A DNA stretch of 64,000 nt, taken from assembly GCA_951406725.2 (NCBI GenBank), contig OX597818.1, positions 117,924,001 to 117,988,000 on the forward strand, written 5' to 3'. Both the position numbers and the translations under genes were made by a program. How positions within the stretch are numbered: position 1 is the first letter of the stretch; each line of letters begins with the position of its first letter. The stretch is from Octopus vulgaris. Its lineage: Eukaryota. Of this stretch, positions 42,566 to 56,200 are shown in pieces. The notes under the pieces are model-generated. The model ran no database searches, had not been told where the DNA came from, and saw only the letters and a program-made list of their open reading frames with translations.

Positions 42566-43693
42566 TTCAAGGTACAACATTAAAACATAGATAATTGTTT
42601 CTGCTATACCTCATTTTCCCACGTGTACACGGTTTTATGATGAAAGTAACAAGTGTAATGGGACTAAATGGAATGCCCCGCTTATGTTGGATAATAGATT
42701 GTACGTTATGGACGTAGGAAATAAGTCAATGAGTATAATTCAATTAGTGAGTCATATATCGTTATTAAATTTGACGGTGATAATGGAGAAAATTTATGTT
42801 CACACTCTAATACTCCTAGTTTATGCTGATAGCAAGTTATCTTGCTTATATTTGTCACTAGATTTCTCTCTTTCAAATATATGAATATATGCATATGTGT
42901 GAGTGTGTGTATGCTTAAATGTGTTCACATGCGTCTCCATTTGATCGTACTAGTTCGTGTGTGTACACGTTTGTTCTCTCTTTCAGCTCTATTACAATTT
43001 CTGTTTGGATATGGTAAGCGTTTGCAACCCAATGAATTTTATTTTAATATCTCATCTGTAAAAGATTGGTATTACGAGAAGAGCATAACGCATAGGTCTA
43101 TCTTTGCTAAACTTGATGTTTATCGACTGTGGTGGTCTGGTGTGTTGCTGTGATATTCCAATGCAGCATATGTGTATTTTGTAACTAGATCGGTTGATTT
43201 ACCATATGTTGTGCCCGATCTAAATAAATACTACTTTCTTCTGTTTTCTAGTCACTCCGTTTCGTCACTAGTTGCTTGCCTCCAACGCATTCAGCGAATG
43301 AATGCATTCGGATGTGCTTTGTAAACGTGCGTGCGAGTCTGTAATCTGTATAAATGTATGTGGATATGGGTGAAGCCTATTGCAAAGATTATGACGGGGA
43401 AGTCTCTGTGTAGTTGCTCTATTTTCTGACATAATTGTGTGGTGCGACGCATAAAGTAACCCGACCGCTTTTAACATTGACATGGATTAGGGTGTCCACA
43501 CTTTTCTTCAGACAATTCTGAAACATAAGTCAACTGCGAATGCAAATGCAATAAGATTATTGCATAAGGACCATGACGTCAAAAATATATTGTTACGACT
43601 ATTTTTTATAATAGTGATGGCTGTTGTAAGAAGCGTGGTGGAAATAGTAGTTATCATAGAAATGATATTTTTGGTTGTTGTTATTATTATTAT

Positions 43694-43755
<62 letters not shown>

Positions 43756-43795
43756 TTCTTGTTCTTGTTCTTGTTCTTCTTCTTATTATTATTAT

Positions 43796-44350
43796 TGAGT
43801 GAGAGAGCAGTTCATGCCATCAAAGTGACACTGGGGTAAAATATACGAAGCCCAATATACCCATCATGACTACCCGTCTGATAAGGGTACACCAGGCACA
43901 TACATCACAACCATATGTGCGCGACATGGTGATCTCATATCAAGATAAACAGCACATGACCCTGGAGGTGGGGCCCAGTTAGAATTTTCTTCAGGTTGAG
44001 TAGCCCATCCCGCTCAAACGGTCCCTGAATAAGGGTTGTTTAAGGATGTTGAAAAAACCACCCATGTTTCCAGAGGTGAATTATTCAAACCCCAAAGAAT
44101 CCCTCTCAACACATGGCTATAATGCTCCCCCACTACTTCTGCTCGTGATCAGAGATGCACATATCGTCAGCCACTAAGGGACATGCTCAACTGGTTAAGG
44201 TCAAACAACTGACAAGCAAATCTGTGGTATTGAGCAGAATATTTGCTGTAGCCCATCTTTTATACCAATACAAAACAATGTACATGATGACACTTCCAAT
44301 CAGTTAAGATCAGAAGCCATAAGAGCCACTGCCAGGTACTGCATCAGGGC

Positions 44351-44352
<2 letters not shown>
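43796..44352 (-). mobile_element. Family D repeat
   Basis: Reverse complement of 39347-39904; (TTA)n on both sides. Confidence 0.9.
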
Positions 44353-44410
<58 letters not shown>

Positions 44411-46004
44411 AAGGAGCGGGATGACAAAATCGTTAGCAAGTTTTTAGATACTGTTGAGTGGTATTTGTTTCTTAATCTTTACATTCTCAGATCGAATTAT
44501 ACCGCTGTCGATTTTACGTTTCAAAATTACCGAGGTCTTCTCTAAATTCAGCATAGGTTAAGCGACGGGGTCGATTAAGTTGACTTATGAATACCCTAAT
44601 TTCCACCAATTTTCTCTAAGCATGCACTTGCTACTGGACAAACTCAAGAAAAAAAGAAACATGTATTTCGCGATCCTTTACGGTTTTCGTTTAATGCTGA
44701 TGTATTTCTGTGATTTCTTAATACATTACTTTCAGGAAACATTCTTAAGACGAATACATGGGATAATTTTGTACCATCGGCATTGTTCGTGAGATTGATA
44801 GAGCGCTTGTCTGTGAAAACCGCCACAAACATTGGAGGTCCCTGATGGATGCCTCTGGGAACTTACATTTCCACAGAGAGAGAAACATAGGCTGCATTGG
44901 TCTGGCTTCTGCCTATCAAAAGCCAGGCAGCTGTTCTCCTGCAATTCCGGTTATACCCTATACCCTAGTCACGTAGTTTATGATATGTCATTCGTTTATG
45001 ACATGTCCTACCTTCTCCCAAGTCAAAAAAAGGAAAAAGAAATGCAAAGTTTCGTGCTATATGGATTCAATAACGAATTGATAGATGAGTTTTTTTTTTT
45101 CATGGGACGACGTAAAGAAAGTAGGGACTCCTGGATTTGATAACAATGGGGAATGGCACAGGTGTGTGCTCACAACAAGGGAACAAGAAGATATAATATA
45201 TACGTTTGAACACGGTTACAGCTGTTGGGAGTTGTATTATGACTGGGATTTATTACCAAATTACACGACTTATGATAGGTTATTCGAGGAAACGGGTTTT
45301 CCTATGCTAAAGGGACTAGGTTTTAAAAAGTAGAAAATGGGACTGTTCGTAAGTAGGGCGAGTGTTTCCATTTCATTTTTTCATTTTTCATTGTCATTCA
45401 TATTATCAGTTTTTTTTTCATTGTTATATGCCCCACAGCTCTTGTATTGTCCCGCCACTGTCTGCCCCTTGTGGGCAATAAAGATACGAACCTTTTCGAA
45501 GGCTGTAGCTAGCTCAAAATATTTTACGTCCGCATTTGAGTGTTTGAACTGTTCTTTCAATACCCAGTCATAATAATGTAATAATTGCGTGAGACAACTC
45601 ATTTGTGTGTTTGTTAGTAAGAATATTTTCTTTCGGGAACATGATCAACAGCCTTCTAAAAATGAATCCTATGGCATTGCTAACATGTAAGGCGCGAGAG
45701 ACAGTCCTGTAATTTTTAGCATGTCCTCTGCTTCCTTGATGGTTTAATATTGTGAAAATCGTATTACATGCAATGAAACTCTGAATATTTTGCTGCAGTT
45801 ACTTCACAAGAGCTTTCTTGCGCGTCCTTAAAGGAACGGCAGGAACTACGTCTGGGCCCGTTTCTGAGTACATCTTTTAAATGGCCGATACCTTCTGCCT
45901 CTATGTCGTTGTATTCGATGTTCGTCACATGCACACTAGTATATGCGTATATATCTTATTTCTCACTGTATCAATGTGTACATATAAACACACACATACA
46001 AATG

Positions 46005-46045
<41 letters not shown>

Positions 46046-46047
46046 TT

Positions 46048-46126
<79 letters not shown>

Positions 46127-46407
46127 ATATATAGATACATAGATAGACAGATAGATATATACATACATATATACATAAATATACATACATAAAAACATGC
46201 ATACATATATACACTCAGATATGCGTGTATATCTGAGCCAAATATAAAGACGGGTATATGTGTAACTATACGGGCCATTTAAACTTTAAAATTTCTTTTA
46301 ACCTCCTTCATATCATGTGTTCTTTATAATTTAAATTATATTACATTTGAAATATTGAAACGAAATGTAAGAAGTGACAAGAGAATAATACATAAATAAT
46401 ATATCCT

Positions 46408-46541
<134 letters not shown>

Positions 46542-46625
46542 TGTTCTTATATAGATAAATATATGGAAAGATATGTGGTTGCGTACGCATTTCTGCATAT
46601 ATGGATATGCATATATATATTTACG

Positions 46626-46702
<77 letters not shown>

Positions 46703-46732
46703 AATATGTATATATATATATATAAATATTTA

Positions 46733-47711
46733 AGTAGTTCAATGAGTTATCTTAGTATGGATAATTCGGTTAACCGATACCTGGGTAGCAAATTCACGTC
46801 AGAAAAACACGGTTGAAGCTACATGCCAAGGGCAGAGATCACGTGCTATCGTGTGGGAATTGTGTTTTTTTTTTAATACAAATAAATGAAAGAATGGAGT
46901 TGAATTTTGTGGCGTCTGTAATTCCAAACTGTTTATATATATTGTTCGCCAAATTCCCTTTAGTTAATACAATGTTTGAAAAGTCCTATAGGTGCATGCA
47001 CTGGCAGAAACATACCTTTCACTCATATAAATGATGATTAAAATAGATAACCTCCTTGAATTTTATTAATTTGGTTCCATTTATACATCACCCCCATAGA
47101 CAAATTTTTATACTCATAAAGGACTACTACCAAATTCGTTGAGGTATGTTTTACCTTAGTCTCTCTACCTCGCCCTTCCCTCTCTCTCTCTCTCTCCCTC
47201 TCTCTCTATAGTAAGCACAATCAAACACACAGACACAAACCAGTCACTTCACCACTGTTTGCTTTTGGCATCTACCCAACCATACACACAATCACGCGCA
47301 CACATACACACACATACACACGAATGCAGTTTTATACAGACACACACATATGCACTCAGTCACAAAAGCAAACAACACATCACCATTCATATGACTTGCA
47401 CCCTATCACCTTCTTATTATTAGATCTCTCCCCTCCAACCTTGTTTGAACCGTTGAACTTTCAACCATTTTTGACGTCACTTCTTATAACGGAATATTTT
47501 AAAGAAACACTCATTATCGCTATGGATTCCGTGTGGGCAGTCATCTAAGAGTTTTTGTTCATCTTGATGCTGACATAAGTTCCTTGTTTTTCCTGATGAG
47601 AAGGCGGCATAATGCACCCCTTATTCCTTCGAAATTAGGAATATGCAGCCTTCGAAACATATGTCGAGAATAAAGGAATTTTGTTAAATCGTCGTTCAAC
47701 TCCATTCTTTC

Positions 47712-47712
<1 letters not shown>
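46733..47712 (+). mobile_element. ~1-kb non-autonomous element ending in an HHR-bearing terminus, between (TA)n tracts
   Basis: Both ends are shared with the 150-bp copy at 56051-56200; canonical HHR at 47587-47670. Confidence 0.75.
47587..47670 (+). ncRNA. Minimal type I hammerhead ribozyme motif, canonical core
   Basis: TTTTTC CTGATGA GAAGGC...GCCTTC GAAAC ATAT GTC GAGAA gives an intact core, stem II, a palindromic stem III (ACATATGT), a GUC cleavage triplet and stem I. Confidence 0.8.
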
Positions 47713-47763
<51 letters not shown>

Positions 47764-47933
47764 CATATATATACATATATACATACATATATATACATAC
47801 ATACATATATATATATATGCATATATATATACGAAGGGCTTCTTTCAGTTTACGACTACCAAATCCACTCACATGGCTTTGATTGGCCCGAAGCTATAGT
47901 AGAAGACACACACACACACACACACACGCCCAG

Positions 47934-48004
<71 letters not shown>

Positions 48005-48008
<4 letters not shown>

Positions 48009-48315
48009 GGAGGAGCACTCCATCAGTTACGACGGAGAGGGTCCCTGCTGATACGACCAACGGAAATTCTAGCATGTGAAATTAACGTGAAAGTGGCTGA
48101 GCACTCCACAGACACGTGTTCCCTTAACGTAGTTCTTAGAGTGAATGAGCATGACACGCAGTTTGACAAAGTTGGCCCTCTGAAATACAGGTACTACTCA
48201 AATTTTTCAGCTGAGTGAAATAAAGTGTCTTGGTCAAGTGCAAAATGCGTCGCCGGAAATTGAACTCGCGACCTTACGATAATGAGATCGATGCCCTCCC
48301 CACTAAGCCACGTGC
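48005..48315 (-). mobile_element. tRNA-derived SINE (another family)
   Basis: Reverse complement begins GCACGTGGCTTAGTGG...GAGTTCAATTTCC. Confidence 0.75.
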
Positions 48316-48369
48316 GTTCACTATATATATGTATATATATATGTGTGTGTGTGTTTGTGAATGTGTATG

Positions 48370-48570
48370 TATTTGTATGTCTGTGTTTGTCTCCCCACCA
48401 TTGGTTGACAACCGATGCTTTTGTGTTTACATCACCGTAAGGTAGCGGTTCGGCAAAAGTGACCGATAGAATAAGTACTAGGCTTACAAAGAATAAGCCC
48501 TGGGCTTGATTTGATCGACCAAAGCCGGTTCTCGAGCATAGCCGCAATTACATAACTGAAACAAATAAAA
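48370..48570 (+). mobile_element. SINE family B 3' half
   Basis: Matches 9490-9690. Confidence 0.8.
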
Positions 48571-48635
48571 TAGAAGAATATGTATGTGTTAGCGCGCATG
48601 CATGTATACTTATACATATATGTGCGACTGTGTGT

Positions 48636-48714
<79 letters not shown>

Positions 48715-48768
48715 CATACATATCTATATATCTATATATCTATATCTATGTCTCTCTCTCTCTCTCTA

Positions 48769-48817
<49 letters not shown>

Positions 48818-49242
48818 AATATATATACGTCCGTGTATATGAACGAGTATCGGTGAAGCATTTCTCTAGCAAATGTAATCAACCTGGATCATATTTTAAA
48901 ACGGATGCATCAACGTGAATGTACAGCCATTTAATAATCTAATAAACAGTTAAAATCCCTTTAAAATTAAATCAATCGCACCAAGTGTCTCAATTTTCGT
49001 CACACAACTGCGACATCATCTCTGACACTGCATCGTATTGCAGTAAATCTCTGTGAGAAAACACTTTCCGCTGCACGGCAAGAATTTGACATCTCATAAA
49101 ATATATTTTAATTTGATGTGCATTTAACAGTTTCTTGTTTTCTTTAATGACTCTTCCAGAACGAATTCGCTGTATGTATATCTATATGTCTATTTATTTA
49201 TGTCATTCTGTCTACCTTTCTATCTATTTACACAGGATGTAC

Positions 49243-49295
<53 letters not shown>

Positions 49296-50101
49296 TATAT
49301 ATTCCATTTCTCATATATATATATATATAATTTTTATAATTTAATTAAATGCCACGTATCCATTTCCAAGTGAGTTTATCTTAACCTTTTTTTTGATGGG
49401 ACCCTACTCTATATTGTTTTTTACCCCATCCTTATCTAAATCCCCTTTTCTCCCCTTCACCGTTTTCTATCTATCTATCTGTCTCTCTCCCCATTTTTCT
49501 CTCTCTCGTTTGTCACACCTGACCATCGTCCATCTTTCTTCTCCTCCCATGAGCATGTTTTTTTTCCTACACGACGTTCTAGGGACTGGATGTTTTCTTT
49601 CTCTCTCTTCTATTTTTTCTCTTTTCAAAAAATTTTAATCTCACAGCATTCACTACTTTCCTCTCGTTCTTGTCAAACGTCCCTCCATGTTTGTTTTCGT
49701 TCAGTTTCCTTGTATGTCTCAACTATCCTGTTTTTGTTTTACCCAAATTTGACCCTCCATAAATCCAAAGTTTTATTTTGGAATTAATGGGAGCAACTGT
49801 ATTTGAATACTCATATTGCCGCAGAATGCTCAAAATTTGGAGTAGATACACAGCCGACAAGGAATGAAAGGTCGTTCTCTGGGTTTATTTGCGTATTTAA
49901 CTCATTTGTCTTCGTACTTCATGGTATATAGGTCATATTCCAATACCGGTATTGGAATATTACATATATAACATTCTGCCTAAAAAATGGATCTGCAAAT
50001 TCAATATCCCTACATATCTCACATCTATTTTCTTTCCTCCACCTCACTCTGTAAGTTGTATCACATCTAAACTAAATATGACTTAACCATCCTCTCACAC
50101 C

Positions 50102-50153
50102 GTCTCCGATGAAGGGATACAATTGATAAATATCCTGGAAACAGCTGAAAGAC
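50102..50153 (+). ncRNA. Degenerate minimal hammerhead motif
   Basis: GTCT CCGATGA A GGGATA...TATCCT G GAAAC AGCT GAA AGAC. The cleavage triplet is mutated; the sequence is followed by about 65 bp and then (TA)n. Confidence 0.55.
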
Positions 50154-50217
50154 CTTCTATCAATAAATGTTCTAATATCTACACAGCCTTGTTTATTTAT
50201 CTCATTACGCAAAAAAT

Positions 50218-50273
<56 letters not shown>

Positions 50274-51099
50274 ATGTGTGTGTGTGTGTGTGTGTATGAT
50301 AGACAGATAGATAGATAGATAGAGTGGGAGGTAGAGAGATAGATAGATAGAATGTATGTATTTACCAACGGCGGTATGCTGAAAACTTAAGTGAGTTTCT
50401 CCTTAGCTTTCCTCGAGTACGATTGAACTGGTTTTGGACTTCAATAGCAAAAACAAGAGCATGCATATGTTTTCTCTTTTTCGTCATATTAACGTCATGG
50501 GATACATTACTAAGTGTTGGGGTAATATTGTTCTCTTTGTTATATACTCCTTTTACATACTCTATATACATGTATATTATCTCTTCCTTTTTGTTTATAT
50601 AAATCTAGAGTATTTAATGAGCATGCTTGTAAATGATATGCAAAAAACTGAAACTTATAAAATATTTATATCTTAAAAGGATAAAGAAAAAAAACAGCGA
50701 AGTAACCGTTGCACATTTATGATGCAGCGGAAAAAGAATATAGAAAGAATATAGAAATGAATTTTAAAATATAAAACAAGTATTGGAGATGTATTTTCAA
50801 AGGAATCTATAATAATATAAATGTAAAATTTATAAATTTTGTTTACCCTTTCATTGTCAATCACTCCAACTGTATATGACGTTGGGAAAATTTTAAATGT
50901 CTTCCAAATTAGCGATAGATCGTTCATTGCGGACTAAAATGTCTAATGCTGTTGTCAAAATTAATGGAAGTTAAGCTAAATTCTACACGTTTTTTTAAAG
51001 AAACGTCTTTAGAATTATCTATAATACTTGTCAAGGAAAACAATCGGGTTAACTTTGGAATTTTCTTGTTTCTGGGGGACGTAAGTATTCTACTACAAA

Positions 51100-51240
51100 T
51101 GTGGGAAATTCTCTCTGAGGGTGTGTCTGTGGAGTTGTTGGCTAACTACTCCTACATCGTTTTATCCATTTTGATGAAACTTGACACGTGCGTAGAACTC
51201 CTATCTGGAAATGGCATGGCGTATTCATATTGTTGAAAAA
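51100..51240 (+). mobile_element. Possible Helentron-associated (DINE-1/HINE-like) fragment
   Basis: CTACTCCTAC..TTTTATCCATTTTGATGAAACTTGACAC resembles the recurrent HINE core (recall only). Confidence 0.35.
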
Positions 51241-51332
51241 GTCGATAATAATATATATATAATATATTATATATATGTAATATATTTTATTTTAAAAACC
51301 AAGGGTCATAACACGTTCGAAATTGAAGTGAT

Positions 51333-51380
<48 letters not shown>

Positions 51381-52051
51381 CCAAGGGAAATAATCCATTC
51401 ATTTTCCCAAATTACTTGGAAAAAATGAAATTCAGTTTGCTTATATCTTAGTATATGAACTGCTAGAGTTATTTTCGCAATTTAACCAGTAGAATCCCCA
51501 ACTTACTGAAATTGAAAAGAAAATTGCTAGTTCACGCTTTGAAATTCACCGTTGTAAATTAGAAACATGAAACTAATATAGATATTAAACATAATATATG
51601 TGCGCGCGTGTACGAGAATGTGAGTGTGAGTATGTGTACATGCGGGTATGTAGGTACTCTTTATATGTACATTGAAAAATCCAACCATTAACTTTCCTAA
51701 GCTAACGATTAGGAACACCAGTTCATTGAAAGATCTAACCTTTAATTTATTAATTTATATATATATATATATGTAAATAGGTTAATTTAAGATAAGGTAA
51801 GGTATATAATGCCACTTGCTAAAAACAGAGTCATTGCTCCAAAGGCCACCATAAAAATTACGATAAAGATAGAAACGTGCAATGCAGTGAACCTTTCAGA
51901 AACAGATTTACCTTTGCTTTGAATACATCAATAAATAATGCATATTTCAACACCAATCGATTCCACGCTTTGCATGACAAACATGCTTTGCGATCTTCAG
52001 TTGAAAACAACATTTAACATCTATCTCTCTCTATATATATTTATGTGATTT

Positions 52052-52240
52052 AGTCTGTGTTTGTCCTCACTTGACAACCGATGTTGGTGTGTTTACGCCT
52101 CCGTAACACAACGGCTCGGCAGTAAGGACGATAGAATAATCACCACGCTTACAAGGAATAATTCCAGGGGTCGATTTCTTCGAGTAAAAGGCGGTGCACC
52201 AGCATAGCCACAATCAAATGACTGGAACAAATAAAAGAAA
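52052..52240 (+). mobile_element. SINE family B 3' half
   Basis: Matches 9490-9690. Confidence 0.78.
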
Positions 52241-52507
52241 AATATGAAACGAGGTAATAGGGCTTTATAGTTCAAGAATGTTGATCTTTAAGATGTCGGT
52301 AGTTATGCATTTTTGACTAAGTATGTAGATGAATTAGGGACCATATGCATACGTATATCTGAATATATGGTATGCATCGAGCTCGAGAGAAAGAAAAACG
52401 GAATAGACAATAGCAGCAAAATGAAACACTGCATTCTCTGAGGTATGACGTCTATCGCAATCTCTTATACATGGTGCCAAGTAGAGAACTTTGCTAAATA
52501 ATTATAA

Positions 52508-52616
52508 CCGGGTTCAGCCTCACTGCGTGGCACCTTGGGCAAGTGTCTTCTACTATAGCCTCAAGTCGACCAAAGCCTTGTGAGTGGATTTGGTAGACGG
52601 AAACTGAAAGAAGACA

Positions 52617-52662
<46 letters not shown>

Positions 52663-52870
52663 GTATGTGTGTGTATGTTTGTGCATCTGTGTCTGTTCCC
52701 CAACTGATGCTGGTGTGTTTACATCACCGTAGCATAGCGGTTCGGTGAAAGAGACCGATGGAATAAGTACTAAGCTTACAAAGAATAAGTCCTGGGGTCG
52801 ATTTGCTCGACTAAAGGCGTGCTCCAGCATGGCCACAGTCAAATCACTGAAACAAGTGAAAGAGTAAAGG
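52508..52870 (+). mobile_element. SINE family B, 5'-truncated
   Basis: Colinear with the 9243 copy from the B-box onward. Confidence 0.88.
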
Positions 52871-53020
52871 GTAAAGAGTAATTATAGAGAATTAGAAATT
52901 TGAGGTGTAAGAAAGAAAATTGGAAACAACAATGTAGAAACTAACGACACACACAATTCATATTTTAGCAGGAGTGACAGAGTAATGAAGAAGGGGTCAG
53001 AATTCAGCGATATCAAATAT

Positions 53021-53840
53021 TCTTTTCTACTCTTGGTACAAGGCCCGAAATATTTGGGGATGGTCCATTCGATTAAATCGACCCCAGTACGCAAGTGTTA
53101 CTTAATTCATCGACCTCGGAAGGATGAAAGGCAAATTCGACCTCGGCGGAATTTGAACTCAGAACGTAAAGACAGACAAAATAGAGCTAAGCATTTCGCC
53201 CGGCGTGCTAACGTTTTTTTTTTCTAATTTCTTTATTGCCCACAAGTGGCTAAACATAGAGGGGACAAACAAGGATAGACAAAGGGATTAAGTCGATTAT
53301 ATCGATATCAGTACTTATTTAATCGACCCCGAAAGGATGAAAGGCAAAGTCGACCTCGGCGGAATTTGAACTCAGAACTTAAAGACAGACAAAATAGAGC
53401 TAAGCATTTGGCCCGGCGTGCTAACGTTCTTTTTTTATTTCTTTATTGCCCACAAGTGGCTAAACATAGAGGGGACAAACAAGGACAGACAAAGGGATTA
53501 AGTCGATTATATCGATATCAGTACTTATTTAATCGACCCCGAAAGGATGAAAGGCAAAGTCGACCTCGGCGGAATTTGAACTTAGAACGTAGCGACAAAC
53601 GAAATACCTATTTCTTTACTACCAACAAGGGGCTAATCACAGAGAGGACAAACAAGGACAGACAAACGGATTAAGTCGATTACATCGACCCCAGTGCGTA
53701 ACTGGTACTTAATTTATCGACCTCAAAAGGTTGCAAGGCAAAGTAGACCTCTGCGGAATTTGAACTCAGACCCTGACGACAGAGGAAATACCGCTAAGCA
53801 TTTCGCCCGCCGTGCTAATGTTTCTGCCAGCTCGCCGCCT
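53021..53840 (-). mobile_element. SINE family C tetramer
   Basis: Four GGAATTTGAACT units with an imperfect TSD (TTCAGCGATATCAAATATT / TTCAACGATATCAGATATT). Confidence 0.88.
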
Positions 53841-54528
53841 TCAACGATATCAGATATTATACATCATTCAACAACAGGTTGATATACGTCGAGTGCGATG
53901 GAGAAAAGACTTGGTAAGCAAGCTGTATAAGTCGAAAAATAGTTTGTTTATATGTGAGTGCATACTTGTGTAGGCGTGTACTTGTATGTCTTATATAATT
54001 AAAAAAATCTGAATGAATTTCCTGAAATATTCGTATCGAATGAACAAATTTCAAGGGTCACGCGGTACAATTATTCATCATTACTACTTATGTTGAAATC
54101 TTGCTAGCATTGCGTTTGGTTCTGATCAGGATGTTTATATATTTATTATATGTATGTATTACGTATGTTTGTATAAATATGTGTGTGCGAAAACGTGTGT
54201 GCGTGAGTATGTACTCGTGAGCATGTTGTATATGTTTGTTCGTAAATGTTCTTGTACAATTTATTATGTGTATCATTATATCACACTCGCATATATTAGT
54301 GCATGTGTGTGTGTATGTCTGTGTGTTTATGAATGTGTGTCTGTGTATCTGTCAACACGTATATTCCTCAGAGGTAGTATTAGTACCAATTCCGTAAACT
54401 TATACACACGCAAACGCGCACAAACTCACTCATGTACATATTATTTCATATCTATATAATACACATGATAAATATATATAATGCTGTACGTAGTTTATCT
54501 ATCTATCTATCTTTCTATATCTATCTAC

Positions 54529-54652
<124 letters not shown>

Positions 54653-54710
54653 TTATCTATCCAACCATCTATATTTGTATACACACACACACATATATAT
54701 ATATGTTTGT

Positions 54711-54767
<57 letters not shown>

Positions 54768-54848
54768 CACATCATTTATACACATATATATAATGTATCT
54801 GTGTATAATGCATGTATATATGCATGCATATAAATATATGTATATACA

Positions 54849-54906
<58 letters not shown>

Positions 54907-54942
54907 TAAATATATATATATGCATATATGAGTGCGTGTATA

Positions 54943-54993
<51 letters not shown>

Positions 54994-55530
54994 GTCTGTG
55001 TTAGTGTGTATGTATGTATATATTGTGTGTTGTGTGTGTATATATATATATATAAGACTTTACTAGATTACTAGAAAGAAATGACAAACAGAAAGAAAAA
55101 TAGGAGGAGAGAGCCTGGTACACAGAAAGAATGCCTGGGGTGAGTGATGGTAATAGGGAGACCTAAGAATGTGGTGTGGTAGGAAATGTAAATTATTTGG
55201 AAATTCAATCGCTATTTGCCCACGATGTGGAGAAGCATTCCCGCGAGTGTAATTATTCTTCAAGCACAGTATAGTTTTCATGTAGATTATGTTGGAGTAT
55301 AGAACAAATAAATAAGTAGAGAAATATAGTTAAGACGGAATCTGAATGCAAGAAAAAAAAAAGCAAAAGAAAAATGGAACATAAAAGCATATCAAATGGT
55401 TTCTAATTTAACCGAGCGAACACTAAAACTTTCAGAAAATTATAGTTTTTATTTATTTGTTCTCAGCGAAACATATCTGCCTGTTTGTCTGTCACTCTAT
55501 CTATCAATCTGCTTTGTCCATCTATCTTTG

Positions 55531-55649
<119 letters not shown>

Positions 55650-55651
55650 AT

Positions 55652-55991
55652 ACCGGAGTAAACACATAAATGTGAAACAAGGTGGAAAAAAGAGTACTCA
55701 AATACCAGTGGTATAGTAATATGCTTTATTTAAAGCAGCAGAAAATTCAACAAAACATGTTACTCTGAGTTTCCCGTTGCCGTTCATCGGTGTATATCGT
55801 GTGTACCGTTGGCGATTCTTTTTCCTCTGTCTTCCCTTCTCTGGATCTTTCCTTCTCCTATGTATCCGACGAAGAGCTCCGCTCGAAATGTTAAACCCTC
55901 CTTCTTTCCTTCTTTCCTGAGCGTCCAATAATACTATATCTGTTCCACGTCCTCGCGTTGTCGTGTTTTTTTTGTACTTTCTTGTTTGGAT

Positions 55992-55996
<5 letters not shown>
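55652..55996. mobile_element. Two different HHR-bearing PLE-type termini joined head-to-head between microsatellites
   Basis: HHR-like motifs on - (55758-55793) and + (55862-55896). The left end abuts (TATC)n and the right end abuts (TA)n. Confidence 0.6.
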
Positions 55997-56050
<54 letters not shown>

Positions 56051-56053
<3 letters not shown>

Positions 56054-56200
56054 TAGTTGAATGGATTATCCTAGTATGGATAATTCGGTTAACCGATACC
56101 TGGGTAGCAAATTCACGTCAGAAAACACGGTTAGTCTTCGAAACATATGTCGAGAATATAGGAATTTTGTTAAATCGTCGTTCGACTCCATTCTTTAATT
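56051..56200 (+). mobile_element. Internally deleted mini-copy of the 46733-47712 element
   Basis: The first ~80 bp match 46733-46814 and join directly to CTTCGAAACATATGTCGAGAA.. matching 47650-47712. Confidence 0.85.

Noticed and set aside
53021-53840. Repeat-spacer-like periodicity (CRISPR-like)
   Set aside because: The units are tandem SINE copies with no unique spacers, in a eukaryotic context with no cas genes.
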